From Botryllus schlosseri (lineage: Eukaryota), in assembly GCA_051294905.1 (NCBI GenBank), contig CM119371.1:33420001-33484000 (forward strand): a stretch of DNA of 64,000 bases. The letters are read 5' to 3'. The translations under genes and the position numbers were made by a program. The notes under the pieces are model-generated. The model was given only the letters and a program-made list of their open reading frames with translations, had not been told where the DNA came from and did no database searches. This document shows positions 51,745 to 64,000 of the stretch, in pieces (position 1 is the stretch's first letter; every line of letters starts with the position of its first letter).

Positions 51745-54700
51745 AGCTCCATTTCAATATTATACGCACATTGATTTGAAACAAGTAATGATACCTTACA
51801 ACTCTATTCGCGATCCGGCTTTTCGTTTGTCAAAGCGACATTTTAACATCTCACCATACTCAAAAGAATTATTCACAACATCACCAAGTGTTAAAAAATC
51901 TAGTTTTCACTTACTTGATTATATCACTGCAACTCACAAATTTGAATTAATTCATTCTGGTTGTATTCGTATGATCGGTCTTTTTTATTCAATTGTAAAG
52001 GTCGGTGCTATTCTGAAGACAAAGTATTTACTAATCGGCGCATATACGATTCGACTTGGACATATTATATTTTGAGTATACGAGATTTGAATGTCTGAAT
52101 AATAACCGAGAAATAATTTATCACAATAAAATCCGTACATTACAGCGTAAAAGATGTTGGAATGTCAGCAACTCTGTACGGTCAACCCGATCAACTCGTC
52201 ATGATCATTCCTGAAATCGACACAAACATGACCACTGACTTGAGTTAACCACAAAACAACATCAAGTTTTAAATCCACTTGTAGCTTACGACTTATTCGA
52301 ATGCTGGTTATGTTTTGTTGTAATTGAGTGTACGGAAATAGTATTACGTCTCGACATCTTACCATCTTACCGTATTCAAAGAGTCAACCACGAAAACATT
52401 ACCAAGTAAATCCGTTTGTAACTTACCCAACCAACTCAACAGTATCCTTATGAAAAGTAGACAAGACTACGCGAGTAATCACCACAATCCGAAATCCATA
52501 GCAAGTTCAGTTGTATTCATAGTCCGCCAACTCGTATTTTTTTATTCAGCTGTAAAAGTCGTTACTATTCTGTAACCTAAAGTAATTACTACTCGGCGCG
52601 CACAACTTGAGATTAACATAATATGTTTGAGTATACGAGGTTTGAAAGTTTGACCAACGTAGTTGAGAATCCATTTCTTACAATCGAACACAGGCGTTAT
52701 ATCGAAAATTATAATGATGTAAACATAAGGTTCGACACATTGATTTGACATATGAGATTTTGTAATGCTCGACCATGACTTGATTATTAAATTATTTTGA
52801 ATCGCCTGAAATAATTGTCGTCATCTAACCAGACTACTGAAAGTCGTTGCCATCACAAAAACAATTTGCATGACGTTTATTAAATGTGTCCTATAGTTAG
52901 AATTATTTGTGCAACACACACGAGCAGAGAAATTGGAAATTTTCCCATTGCCATTCGTCAAAGTAAATGTCGTCACAATACTCAGTCACTAAAAGACCAT
53001 ATACTTGTATGTGATTGAATCACCAGCAATTAACTCGCTAAATCAAATCGTAAGGTAATTTCACGCACTCATCGGGTATTAAACAACGTCGCTTTATCGG
53101 TGTGGGTCGTTTTTTCTAAATACAAATCATATCTGTCCAGTAGAAAACAATTTTCACGTACTTGGGTAATGAAACCAGTGTACAATATCAACACAAGATA
53201 TTTTCGTGACACAAAAAATAATCAACTTACTCGATATTCTCGTAAAACGAAACTGTACACAGGTTTCATGTCTTTTGTATGACACGGAATTAATACCGAT
53301 CGAAGTAGCCGGGTTGGAAATGATTTTTAAACAAACACACTCTACGTGGTTAACATTCTCATCGATTCTATTGTGATCAATGTATACTATATGTATTCTG
53401 GATTCATTTCGATATGACTAAACAATAAACATGCAACCTCGACAGATACGAATTGTCACACACTCAACTAATATCATACCAAATAGTTATTTACAACAAC
53501 CAAGACACAGAAAATTTGTTTTGGCCGTTTCGATTTTATTACTGGAGGTACTCATCACTTCGCTTAATACAATCTAGATTTAAACTCCATCGAACCTTTG
53601 GTGTCTATCGTTTTGCTGGATACGAATTATGTTAGTCTAACAGTAAACAATTTTCACAATCTTGGGTTATGAATTCAATGTGTTGGCGGTCATTCATTAT
53701 TTTGTTTGTATCAACTAGTTTCTTTGTAGGGTATGAATGAGCACCCTCCCACAACTCTTACAAAAGTACGAAGGATATTTACATCACACAAAGTAGTCGA
53801 CTTTACTTCATATCCTCACACTACGAAACCAAATGGTTGTTTAGACTCTACAAACTTTTTTACACGAATGGTCACACATCTACACATCTAAATATTCAAA
53901 TAATCCAACACACAACTATAGTACTTACAGAAATATCATAGTTCTTGTAACAAAGGTGTTTATCGTAATTCCTACACAGTCATGATAACCGTCCGAGTTT
54001 GACTTTTAGAAAATATTATATCGATACATCTTTCAAAAACAAAACCATGGTCACTGCTTGAGAGACCTGCCAATGATATCACAATAATACAGTTACTTCC
54101 ACAAAAAAATATGTATTCGACTTACTTTCCACAAATCTAACACACAAAACAATTTACTTTGCTAACGAAAAGTGCTGAGTCATCATATGATTGTCCTCAC
54201 AACAATACAACTAAAACATACTATCATACAAAATGGTCGTTATAGTTTGCACCCCAACGGTACATCGTAAAAGTAACAAGTTTCAAGAATCGAGTTATTG
54301 AAAAACGTGAAAGTGTTTCTCCTGTGCCAAGTCGTTATGTTGACGAAAGTGTATATTGTAATATCATGATCGATTTGCATTCGTTGGTCACAAACTGTCA
54401 CTATACTCTAAATAATTATTTTTCACTGAAACACAAAAGCATACTTGTCACCATTCGTTTCATCAAGTACGAGTTCAAGAAACTTACTTACTACGACATG
54501 AATTGTTATTTTTATGTTGTGTAAATAGGTAATCGTTATTTTAGTAACACTTTATCAATGTCATCGAGTTGTGCGAAAAGATTTACATGTGGTCTTGTGG
54601 TTTTAATCGAAGCACACATCATGATCTAATGTAGAGTCGTCTCTATTGTACAACAACTCGGTAATCGAAATGCATGCATTAACATTTAAACAGCGATCGT

Positions 54701-54844
54701 GTTTCGTCACGCGAAAAATATGTTCACTGTCACAATACTCTGCACAAGACGTACAAATCCTTTTCACCCTCATAATAGTATACCAACGACCACCGACGAC
54801 AACGTTTAACAATACCAACGACACTGGAAACACTGAACCCACGA

Positions 54845-55385
54845 CACTTACCCAAGTAAAAATACATTTTCCTTTGGCTACATGACACTCACCAGAGTAA
54901 AAAATATCATTATCACCTGGAGATCCGCCGTTACCCGAACAACAAAACCATTTTCCTTTGGAGATCTGTCGTTTACCAAGTGTAACAATACATTTTCACA
55001 TGGCGATCCATCGTTTACCCTGAGCAACAAACCTTTTTCACTTGGAAATATATTTTTTCCCTGGGTAACAAACCTTTTTCACTTGGAAATCTATTTTTCC
55101 CTGAGCAACAAACCATTTTCACTTGGAAATATATTTTTTCCCTGGGTAACAAACCTTTTTCACTTGGAAATCTATTTTTCCCTGAGCAACAAACCATTTT
55201 CACTTGGAAATATATTTTTTCCCTGAGCAACAAACCATTTTCACTTGGTGGGTCGTCGTTTACCTGAGTAAATATATCATTTTCCTTTGGATATCCGGCG
55301 TTTACCCAGTGTAACAATACATTCTCACTTGACCATCTAACTTTTCCTAGAGTAACAATACCGTTTCCACTTGGAAATCTGACAA
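54845..55385. repeat. ~40-42 bp minisatellite (ttttcacttggaaat...ccctg.g.aacaaacc) within the left arm
   Basis: cacttgg recurs every ~40 bp from 55041 to 55242, with more diverged units on both sides. Confidence 0.88.
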
Positions 55386-56392
55386 CCACACGCAGCAATT
55401 TGGTATTTGTTGTATTGGCGAAAGTTTGAAATGATTACAACGAACAGTGACGGAAATATACACGACAACCGGTTTCAGAGTATACTCGCGTCGGTAGCAA
55501 CACATCTATATCATCGGTTAACCACATGAAATAACAATATACTCTTGTATATCGAAATGTATGCTTTGGAAAATGACGAACATTGTGTGTGTGTGTGTGT
55601 GTGTCCGGGTTCGTACTTTGGATTTTCCAGAGTCAAAGAGTCTGAATAAAACACCGCCTCGACTTCGGTAAATGTTTGGCACGCAGATAACGGTGGTCGG
55701 AAATCGTGGAATTTATGTTTCCATCGGGCTAACAACTCCAGGTTACTTGTGATTTTTCTCACACGTGTTTACTATGTTGTGTCGCTCTTTATTGATCAAT
55801 ACATAACACGCCATTAAGTTTGAAATCGGAAACCCCGAGAAAGTATTAACCGGATCCGGATATCAACTCTGAATCGATAAACCATATTCAAGTAAACATA
55901 CCACAACCAGTGTTTCCATGAAAATAACAAGACATCACACAAATCAAGTATACTTCGCGATTATTTGCCCACACAAGAATCCCAGAAGCGAGGTGTATGA
56001 CGTTACATACATCATGGATAACATCGTGTCTAGCATTACAAACATCACGGGTGACAAATTCGTCTTCTCAAGTCTCGTCATGCACCGACTCTGTACATTC
56101 AATGTGGGGTAGACGACTTGGAGACAGACAAACAGACATATTTGACCGTAACATGGCCTTAGCATGAGAATTCGTTACACGGGTACAACGTCGCAGTCAG
56201 ACATCTTTAACAGTGATTCCGCGTATGGAAATCTTAATTCGATTGTGGTTTTGTAATGTAATCCGGGTTACTGTGTTTCTGCGGTGTGAAGACTAAGTTC
56301 GTGTTGATCCCCCCTGCAAGAGCGTGATGTCTATTTCACACCTAGAGCAATTATAAAACGCATCTTCGAAACTTTTGGTCTAGTTCATCCGC

Positions 56393-56746
56393 TTGTATTT
56401 CGAAACGGACCACCACCGCAAGACAATTGAAAAAACTTTGTCGTTACCTGATCAACATACACGAGTAAGGATGAGACTACGCGTAACTGTCCATAGATTC
56501 CTCTGGCCCCACACCGTGGTTTTACGACACAGACAAGATGCAGCAGTGGAAATATTGAAAATGAAAAACGATACCTTGGTTACATTTGATTTGGATTTTA
56601 CACCTGATGAACCATACACTCGATTGATACATTGGGATGACGACTCTATCGTCGAGATTGAGGGAAAAGAAATGTACAGATTTGTTGGTGTCGTGGATAT
56701 TCAACGAAAATCGGGGTACATGATAGTACTTGGTTCGCATATATGA
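56393..56746 (+). CDS. Uncharacterised ORF (117 aa, possibly 5'-disrupted) in the unique spacer
   Basis: Protein-like composition and a TTG start only. Its stop directly abuts a convergent minus-strand stop at 56747-56749. Confidence 0.4.
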   Translation: MYFETDHHRKTIEKTLSLPDQHTRVRMRLRVTVHRFLWPHTVVLRHRQDAAVEILKMKNDTLVTFDLDFTPDEPYTRLIHWDDDSIVEIEGKEMYRFVGVVDIQRKSGYMIVLGSHI

Positions 56747-57588
56747 CTATGAATGTATCGGTATGCATAATGCTATGTTCACTGTATCGATATCATCAAT
56801 GGTATTTGAACGCATAACCATGTTACGGTCAAATATGTCTGTTTGTCTGTCTCCAAGTCGTCTACCCCACATTGAATGTACAGAGTCGGTGCATGACGAG
56901 ACTTGAGAAGACGAATTTGTCACCCGTGATGTTTGTAATGCTAGACACGATGTTATCCATGATGTATGTAACGTCATACACCTCGCTTCTGGGATTCTTG
57001 TGTGGGCAAATAATCGCGAAGTATACTTGATTTGTGTGATGTCTTGTTATTTTCATGGAAACACTGGTTGTGGTATGTTTACTTGAATATGGTTTATCGA
57101 TTCAGAGTTGATATCCGGATCCGGTTAATACTTTCTCGGGGTTTCCGATTTCAAACTTAATGGCGTGTTATGTATTGATCAATAAAGAGCGACACAACAT
57201 AGTAAACACGTGTGAGAAAAATCACAAGTAACCTGGAGTTGTTAGCCCGATGGAAACATAAATTCCACGATTTCCGACCACCGTTATCTGCGTGCCAAAC
57301 ATTTACCGAAGTCGAGGCGGTGTTTTATTCAGACTCTTTGACTCTGGAAAATCCAAAGTACGAACCCGGACACACACACACACACACACAATGTTCGTCA
57401 TTTTCCAAAGCATACATTTCGATATACAAGAGTATATTGTTATTTCATGTGGTTAACCGATGATATAGATGTGTTGCTACCGACGCGAGTATACTCTGAA
57501 ACCGGTTGTCGTGTATATTTCCGTCACTGTTCGTTGTAATCATTTCAAACTTTCGCCAATACAACAAATACCAAATTGCTGCGTGTGG

Positions 57589-58129
57589 TTGTCAGATTTC
57601 CAAGTGGAAACGGTATTGTTACTCTAGGAAAAGTTAGATGGTCAAGTGAGAATGTATTGTTACACTGGGTAAACGCCAGATATCCAAAGGAAAATGATAT
57701 ATTTACTCAGGTAAACGACGACCCACCAAGTGAAAATGGTTTGTTGCTCAGGGAAAAAATATATTTCCAAGTGAAAATGGTTTGTTGCTCAGGGAAAAAT
57801 AGATTTCCAAGTGAAAAAGGTTTGTTACCCAGGGAAAAAATATATTTCCAAGTGAAAATGGTTTGTTGCTCAGGGAAAAATAGATTTCCAAGTGAAAAAG
57901 GTTTGTTACCCAGGGAAAAAATATATTTCCAAGTGAAAAAGGTTTGTTGCTCAGGGTAAACGATGGATCGCCATGTGAAAATGTATTGTTACACTTGGTA
58001 AACGACAGATCTCCAAAGGAAAATGGTTTTGTTGTTCGGGTAACGGCGGATCTCCAGGTGATAATGATATTTTTTACTCTGGTGAGTGTCATGTAGCCAA
58101 AGGAAAATGTATTTTTACTTGGGTAAGTG
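57589..58129. repeat. ~40-42 bp minisatellite, right-arm mirror copy
   Basis: Reverse complement of 54845-55385. Confidence 0.88.
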
Positions 58130-61100
58130 TCGTGGGTTCAGTGTTTCCAGTGTCGTTGGTATTGTTAAACGTTGTCGTCGGTGGTCGTTGGTATACTATT
58201 ATGAGGGTGAAAAGGATTTGTACGTCTTGTGCAGAGTATTGTGACAGTGAACATATTTTTCGCGTGACGAAACACGATCGCTGTTTAAATGTTAATGCAT
58301 GCATTTCGATTACCGAGTTGTTGTACAATAGAGACGACTCTACATTAGATCATGATGTGTGCTTCGATTAAAACCACAAGACCACATGTAAATCTTTTCG
58401 CACAACTCGATGACATTGATAAAGTGTTACTAAAATAACGATTACCTATTTACACAACATAAAAATAACAATTCATGTCGTAGTAAGTAAGTTTCTTGAA
58501 CTCGTACTTGATGAAACGAATGGTGACAAGTATGCTTTTGTGTTTCAGTGAAAAATAATTATTTAGAGTATAGTGACAGTTTGTGACCAACGAATGCAAA
58601 TCGATCATGATATTACAATATACACTTTCGTCAACATAACGACTTGGCACAGGAGAAACACTTTCACGTTTTTCAATAACTCGATTCTTGAAACTTGTTA
58701 CTTTTACGATGTACCGTTGGGGTGCAAACTATAACGACCATTTTGTATGATAGTATGTTTTAGTTGTATTGTTGTGAGGACAATCATATGATGACTCAGC
58801 ACTTTTCGTTAGCAAAGTAAATTGTTTTGTGTGTTAGATTTGTGGAAAGTAAGTCGAATACATATTTTTTTGTGGAAGTAACTGTATTATTGTGATATCA
58901 TTGGCAGGTCTCTCAAGCAGTGACCATGGTTTTGTTTTTGAAAGATGTATCGATATAATATTTTCTAAAAGTCAAACTCGGACGGTTATCATGACTGTGT
59001 AGGAATTACGATAAACACCTTTGTTACAAGAACTATGATATTTCTGTAAGTACTATAGTTGTGTGTTGGATTATTTGAATATTTAGATGTGTAGATGTGT
59101 GACCATTCGTGTAAAAAAGTTTGTAGAGTCTAAACAACCATTTGGTTTCGTAGTGTGAGGATATGAAGTAAAGTCGACTACTTTGTGTGATGTAAATATC
59201 CTTCGTACTTTTGTAAGAGTTGTGGGAGGGTGCTCATTCATACCCTACAAAGAAACTAGTTGATACAAACAAAATAATGAATGACCGCCAACACATTGAA
59301 TTCATAACCCAAGATTGTGAAAATTGTTTACTGTTAGACTAACATAATTCGTATCCAGCAAAACGATAGACACCAAAGGTTCGATGGAGTTTAAATCTAG
59401 ATTGTATTAAGCGAAGTGATGAGTACCTCCAGTAATAAAATCGAAACGGCCAAAACAAATTTTCTGTGTCTTGGTTGTTGTAAATAACTATTTGGTATGA
59501 TATTAGTTGAGTGTGTGACAATTCGTATCTGTCGAGGTTGCATGTTTATTGTTTAGTCATATCGAAATGAATCCAGAATACATATAGTATACATTGATCA
59601 CAATAGAATCGATGAGAATGTTAACCACGTAGAGTGTGTTTGTTTAAAAATCATTTCCAACCCGGCTACTTCGATCGGTATTAATTCCGTGTCATACAAA
59701 AGACATGAAACCTGTGTACAGTTTCGTTTTACGAGAATATCGAGTAAGTTGATTATTTTTTGTGTCACGAAAATATCTTGTGTTGATATTGTACACTGGT
59801 TTCATTACCCAAGTACGTGAAAATTGTTTTCTACTGGACAGATATGATTTGTATTTAGAAAAAACGACCCACACCGATAAAGCGACGTTGTTTAATACCC
59901 GATGAGTGCGTGAAATTACCTTACGATTTGATTTAGCGAGTTAATTGCTGGTGATTCAATCACATACAAGTATATGGTCTTTTAGTGACTGAGTATTGTG
60001 ACGACATTTACTTTGACGAATGGCAATGGGAAAATTTCCAATTTCTCTGCTCGTGTGTGTTGCACAAATAATTCTAACTATAGGACACATTTAATAAACG
60101 TCATGCAAATTGTTTTTGTGATGGCAACGACTTTCAGTAGTCTGGTTAGATGACGACAATTATTTCAGGCGATTCAAAATAATTTAATAATCAAGTCATG
60201 GTCGAGCATTACAAAATCTCATATGTCAAATCAATGTGTCGAACCTTATGTTTACATCATTATAATTTTCGATATAACGCCTGTGTTCGATTGTAAGAAA
60301 TGGATTCTCAACTACGTTGGTCAAACTTTCAAACCTCGTATACTCAAACATATTATGTTAATCTCAAGTTGTGCGCGCCGAGTAGTAATTACTTTAGGTT
60401 ACAGAATAGTAACGACTTTTACAGCTGAATAAAAAAATACGAGTTGGCGGACTATGAATACAACTGAACTTGCTATGGATTTCGGATTGTGGTGATTACT
60501 CGCGTAGTCTTGTCTACTTTTCATAAGGATACTGTTGAGTTGGTTGGGTAAGTTACAAACGGATTTACTTGGTAATGTTTTCGTGGTTGACTCTTTGAAT
60601 ACGGTAAGATGGTAAGATGTCGAGACGTAATACTATTTCCGTACACTCAATTACAACAAAACATAACCAGCATTCGAATAAGTCGTAAGCTACAAGTGGA
60701 TTTAAAACTTGATGTTGTTTTGTGGTTAACTCAAGTCAGTGGTCATGTTTGTGTCGATTTCAGGAATGATCATGACGAGTTGATCGGGTTGACCGTACAG
60801 AGTTGCTGACATTCCAACATCTTTTACGCTGTAATGTACGGATTTTATTGTGATAAATTATTTCTCGGTTATTATTCAGACATTCAAATCTCGTATACTC
60901 AAAATATAATATGTCCAAGTCGAATCGTATATGCGCCGATTAGTAAATACTTTGTCTTCAGAATAGCACCGACCTTTACAATTGAATAAAAAAGACCGAT
61001 CATACGAATACAACCAGAATGAATTAATTCAAATTTGTGAGTTGCAGTGATATAATCAAGTAAGTGAAAACTAGATTTTTTAACACTTGGTGATGTTGTG

Positions 61101-61229
61101 AATAATTCTTTTGAGTATGGTGAGATGTTAAAATGTCGCTTTGACAAACGAAAAGCCGGATCGCGAATAGAGTTGTAAGGTATCATTACTTGTTTCAAAT
61201 CAATGTGCGTATAATATTGAAATGGAGCT

Positions 61230-61479
61230 GCGGGAAAGTTGGTAGTCATGTTTGTCAATCTATTTCAATTTAGACTATGTCAAAGTCGAGATATTTCATT
61301 TTGGATTACCTCAATTTACCTATAGAACATCTCGCGAATGGATTCCGACGCCACCCTATAACATTTTTGATAATAAGGACTCAAGGGTTTTCAATCAACA
61401 ATACCTAGATTTTTTGGTAATGCTAGAGTTGGCAAATGCTAAGTTGCGTGTTTTTGTTAGGCGTTTGATTTCTCAGTAA
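61230..61479 (+). pseudogene. Decayed paralogue of the adenain-like protease, right arm
   Basis: ITFLIIRTQGFS/QQYLDF...ANAKLRVFVRRLISQ* aligns with IAFLIKRAQGFSAEEYLDNF...VNDTIVRAFVKSLISE*. The ~150 bp downstream (61480-61635) also matches 62720-62865. Confidence 0.75.
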
Positions 61480-62173
61480 TAAATACAATTATTGTATGTG
61501 CATACTTGTGATTCTTGATTCTTGTTTAGTTACTTGGTATTGATTCTATAGGCGTGAAACAGCGGCGCGGAATGTGCGAATAATTCAATGTGGCTGAAAG
61601 TCGGCGACGGTAATATTCAGGTTACAGTCGAATCAACTGATCGCGATAAATGGATTTCTCAAAGGATTAGGCTTGTACCGGATCAAAACATTCAAATACG
61701 AATCAACTTGAGCTGTGTAGTGAGTTTCATTTCAAGTTGACAAATTGACACATTGCTTGAATATTCGCATGATTTGTTTCACGCAACTAAAGTCAACCAC
61801 TGTTCCGAAGTGTCAAAACATATAGCGATCACGGACAAGTGCCAAATTGTTGGTTTTCGAATCACCGTCTCTGTGACAAACTTATTGCGGAAATATTACC
61901 TTGTAAGCGATTACTATGTCTGAAGCATTACCCTGTGAGCGGTCGTAGGATTTGAAAATTATTTCACACCTTTTTGAATAAGCGTTCACTTCACAAAGGA
62001 TTAGGGTTAGAGCAGAAATAAGTGACAATTTATCGTTATTCAAGTTACCGACACTGACGGTCTAATATTCGTTACTTATTAAATCTTACGAGTAAAATCA
62101 AGTTCTGTGACAAACTGCTTACGAAAATTTCAACGTTTGAGCGATCGATGCCTGTAGCGCCAAGTCGCAAAAG

Positions 62174-62719
62174 ATGGGTATGACCGAGACATTATGTTGT
62201 CAGCGATTGCGGGGTTTTGCAAACTATTTCACACCTATTTGGAGTGTTAGCATGTTGTTGGTATTGGAATCGCCGTCTACGCCGGCTCTGTCTGAGATTA
62301 ATGATATTCTCTATAACCACCCTGACACACAAAGTCTATATCTAGGGACTTATCCGATAGACCAGTTACCAAATAAACCAATTAGCGGAAAATTCGCTAT
62401 CACCATTAATTACGACGAGTCGAGTTTGCCTCGGTCTCACTGGGTGTACAGAGATGACGATACTCATTTTCATGATTCGCTAGGTTTCGGACCGCTAAAA
62501 CCTCAGATAATCGAATTCCTGGAGCCGGATGAATTTTCTGTGACTGGGAAACACCTACAGAGTAAAAATTCGGATGTGTGTGGAGATCATGCTATCGCAT
62601 TCTTGATAAAAAGAGCTCAAGGGTTTTCCGCCGAGGAATACTTGGATAATTTTGGCGATGATAAAAAAGTGAATGATACGATTGTACGTGCTTTTGTGAA
62701 GAGTTTGATTTCAGAGTAA
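62174..62719 (+). CDS. Adenain-like (Polinton-type) cysteine protease, right-arm copy
   Basis: Translation identical to 50255-50800. Confidence 0.88.
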   Translation: MGMTETLCCQRLRGFANYFTPIWSVSMLLVLESPSTPALSEINDILYNHPDTQSLYLGTYPIDQLPNKPISGKFAITINYDESSLPRSHWVYRDDDTHFHDSLGFGPLKPQIIEFLEPDEFSVTGKHLQSKNSDVCGDHAIAFLIKRAQGFSAEEYLDNFGDDKKVNDTIVRAFVKSLISE

Positions 62720-64000
62720 TAAACGAATGTGTAAATGTGTATACTTGTGATTCTTGTTGCGAATGTGAACAGCAGACTATTCTGTAGGCGCGAAACAGCG
62801 GTATGGAAGGTGCGAATAATCCGATCTGAAAGTCGGCGTGATATTCAGGTTACGTAGGAATCAATAGGCACAGTGCGAAAAGACGCCACGGTCTATATCC
62901 ACAACGTTAGTTCACTACCAAACAAGCTATGGCAGGTCATCGCCGCAGCCTATATCCACAACGTTAGTTCACTACCAAACAAGCCATGGCAGGTCATCGC
63001 CGCAGCCTATATCCACAACGTTAGTTCACTACCAAACAAGCCATGGCAGGTCATCGCCGCAGCCATAAGAACACATGGCACCTCACCAGCGGAAGGGGGG
63101 GGGTCAAAAGGGTGGGGTCATCACCCCGGGTTTTCAGGCACCTCACCAGCGGGCCCTATACTACCCCATGTTAAAAACACCAAGTCACGAGCGATCATAT
63201 ATACTACTAACGTTAGTTCGCCACCCCGCCATAAGACGAAAACGTTAGTTCGCCACCCCGCCATAAGACGAAAACGTTAGTTCGCCACCCCCGGTTTCTC
63301 GTTAGCTCGCCACCCCGCCATAAGCGCCCCAGGCACACCACGAGCGATCATAATAACTACTCCCACCTCTAGGCTTTTGTAAGACACCGCTGACGCGGAT
63401 GAGGTGGCGAGGAGGAGCCTAGGTAAACCTCCAACACTTGGGTATCGGAATTCGGAAGTCGACCTCGGTCGGACTCGAACCCACGCCCATTGGTGTTGAA
63501 GCCGCGGATTATACCACTGCGCTATCTCGCCACTGGACGACACGTTCGTTCATAATTGCGAATATAGTCAGACTCAATTCTATAAACTCGGCCCATTTTA
63601 AATTTTCAGGAAGGGGGACCAATACTGAAGCAAGCAATCGCGCGAAGTGCTAAGAAAAATGTCAAGTCTACTAAATCTGCCACGAAATATTCTACTTTAT
63701 CATCATATACAGAGATCTACAACAATTGTGACTGGCTCCTGGCTACGACAATGAGTCGAAACTGATAATTTAGTTATCAACATCCGAAATATTGTGGTCA
63801 GGCTAATCAAATTTTTGGTTTGTTTCGGAAGTTCACAATAGATCACCCCGGTAATTTATTTTTGATAATATCACTAATATATAATAGACTAATTTCAAGA
63901 ATGACCTTGCGGGACACTCAAAACCTTCTCGCGGGCCACGGGTTGGCCAACTCTGATGTATAACGTGCCTAGAATTGTATCGATGATTTTATATTATTGA

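Larger units (their letters stand above)
49672..63361. mobile_element. Non-autonomous Polinton/Maverick-derived element, 13,690 bp, with ~6.5 kb inverted arms
   Basis: AGTAGT...ACTACT termini, a 6-bp TSD CCCACC (49666-49671, 63362-63367) and adenain-like protease genes. The arms are 49672-56156 and 56818-63361 and the spacer is 56157-56817. Confidence 0.92.
49562..63533 (-). mobile_element. Full-length tRNA-derived SINE split in two (49562-49671 and 63362-63533) by the Polinton-derived element
   Basis: The head at 63533 has A box TAGCGCAGTGG and B box GGTTCGAGTCC, the (CAAA)n tail is at 49562, and there is a 13-bp TSD TGGACGACACGTT (49549-49561, 63534-63546). Confidence 0.92.
49160..63955. 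mobile_element. hAT-type MITE split by nested SINE and Polinton insertions
   Basis: TIRs caggggcgaccaacc / ggttggccaactctg and TSD atgtatat (49152-49159) / atgtataa (63956-63963). Confidence 0.8.

Noticed and set aside
54882..55398. Repetitive ORFs (114 and 127 aa) and a CRISPR-like periodicity
   Set aside because: These are minisatellite translations with no unique spacers or cas genes, in a eukaryotic context.
62873..63280. 135-aa ORF with YIHNVSSLPNKPWQVIAAA repeats
   Set aside because: It arises from 57-bp subterminal repeats, and the frame is not preserved in the left arm.
49672..63361. Pure assembly fold-back artefact as the explanation of the palindrome
   Set aside because: Disfavoured rather than excluded: unique flanks rejoin a split SINE with a 6-bp TSD, the arms differ at several sites and a unique spacer exists. 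Long-read confirmation is still needed.
63440..63533. tRNA-like sequence with A and B boxes (also at 41160 and 25509)
   Set aside because: It is the head of a repeated SINE with body, tail and TSD, not a stand-alone tRNA gene.

Overview
AT-rich, repeat-dense eukaryotic (invertebrate-like) genomic DNA with two large virus-like mobile elements and one host gene. (1) At ~1-10650 on the minus strand is a decaying LTR-retroelement/endogenous retrovirus-like element. Its order is: putative LTR, tRNA-Trp primer-binding site, a ~3.7 kb leader holding an intronless, frameshifted IAP gene (BIR + RING) and a small single-TM ORF, a 917-aa Gag (coiled coil, overlapping PTAP/PPxY late-domain motif, CCHC knuckle), a canonical -1 frameshift signal (A AAA AAC + hairpin), a retropepsin broken by one in-frame stop, then ~750 aa with no recognisable RT. 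(2) At 49672-63361 is a 13.7 kb Polinton/Maverick-derived element that is almost entirely a palindrome: two ~6.5 kb near-identical inverted arms around a 661 bp spacer, with AGTAGT...ACTACT termini and a perfect 6-bp TSD (CCCACC). It carries adenain-type cysteine protease genes but no visible polymerase, integrase, ATPase or capsid gene. It sits inside a tRNA-SINE, inside a hAT MITE, inside another repeat, and the three inner insertions each retain a readable TSD. Between the two elements are a tandem C2H2 zinc-finger gene with a frameshifted tail, many hAT MITEs (including a three-level nest), tRNA-SINEs, RNase H-type LINE fragments and microsatellites. All family assignments come from motif recognition by eye; no searches were run.
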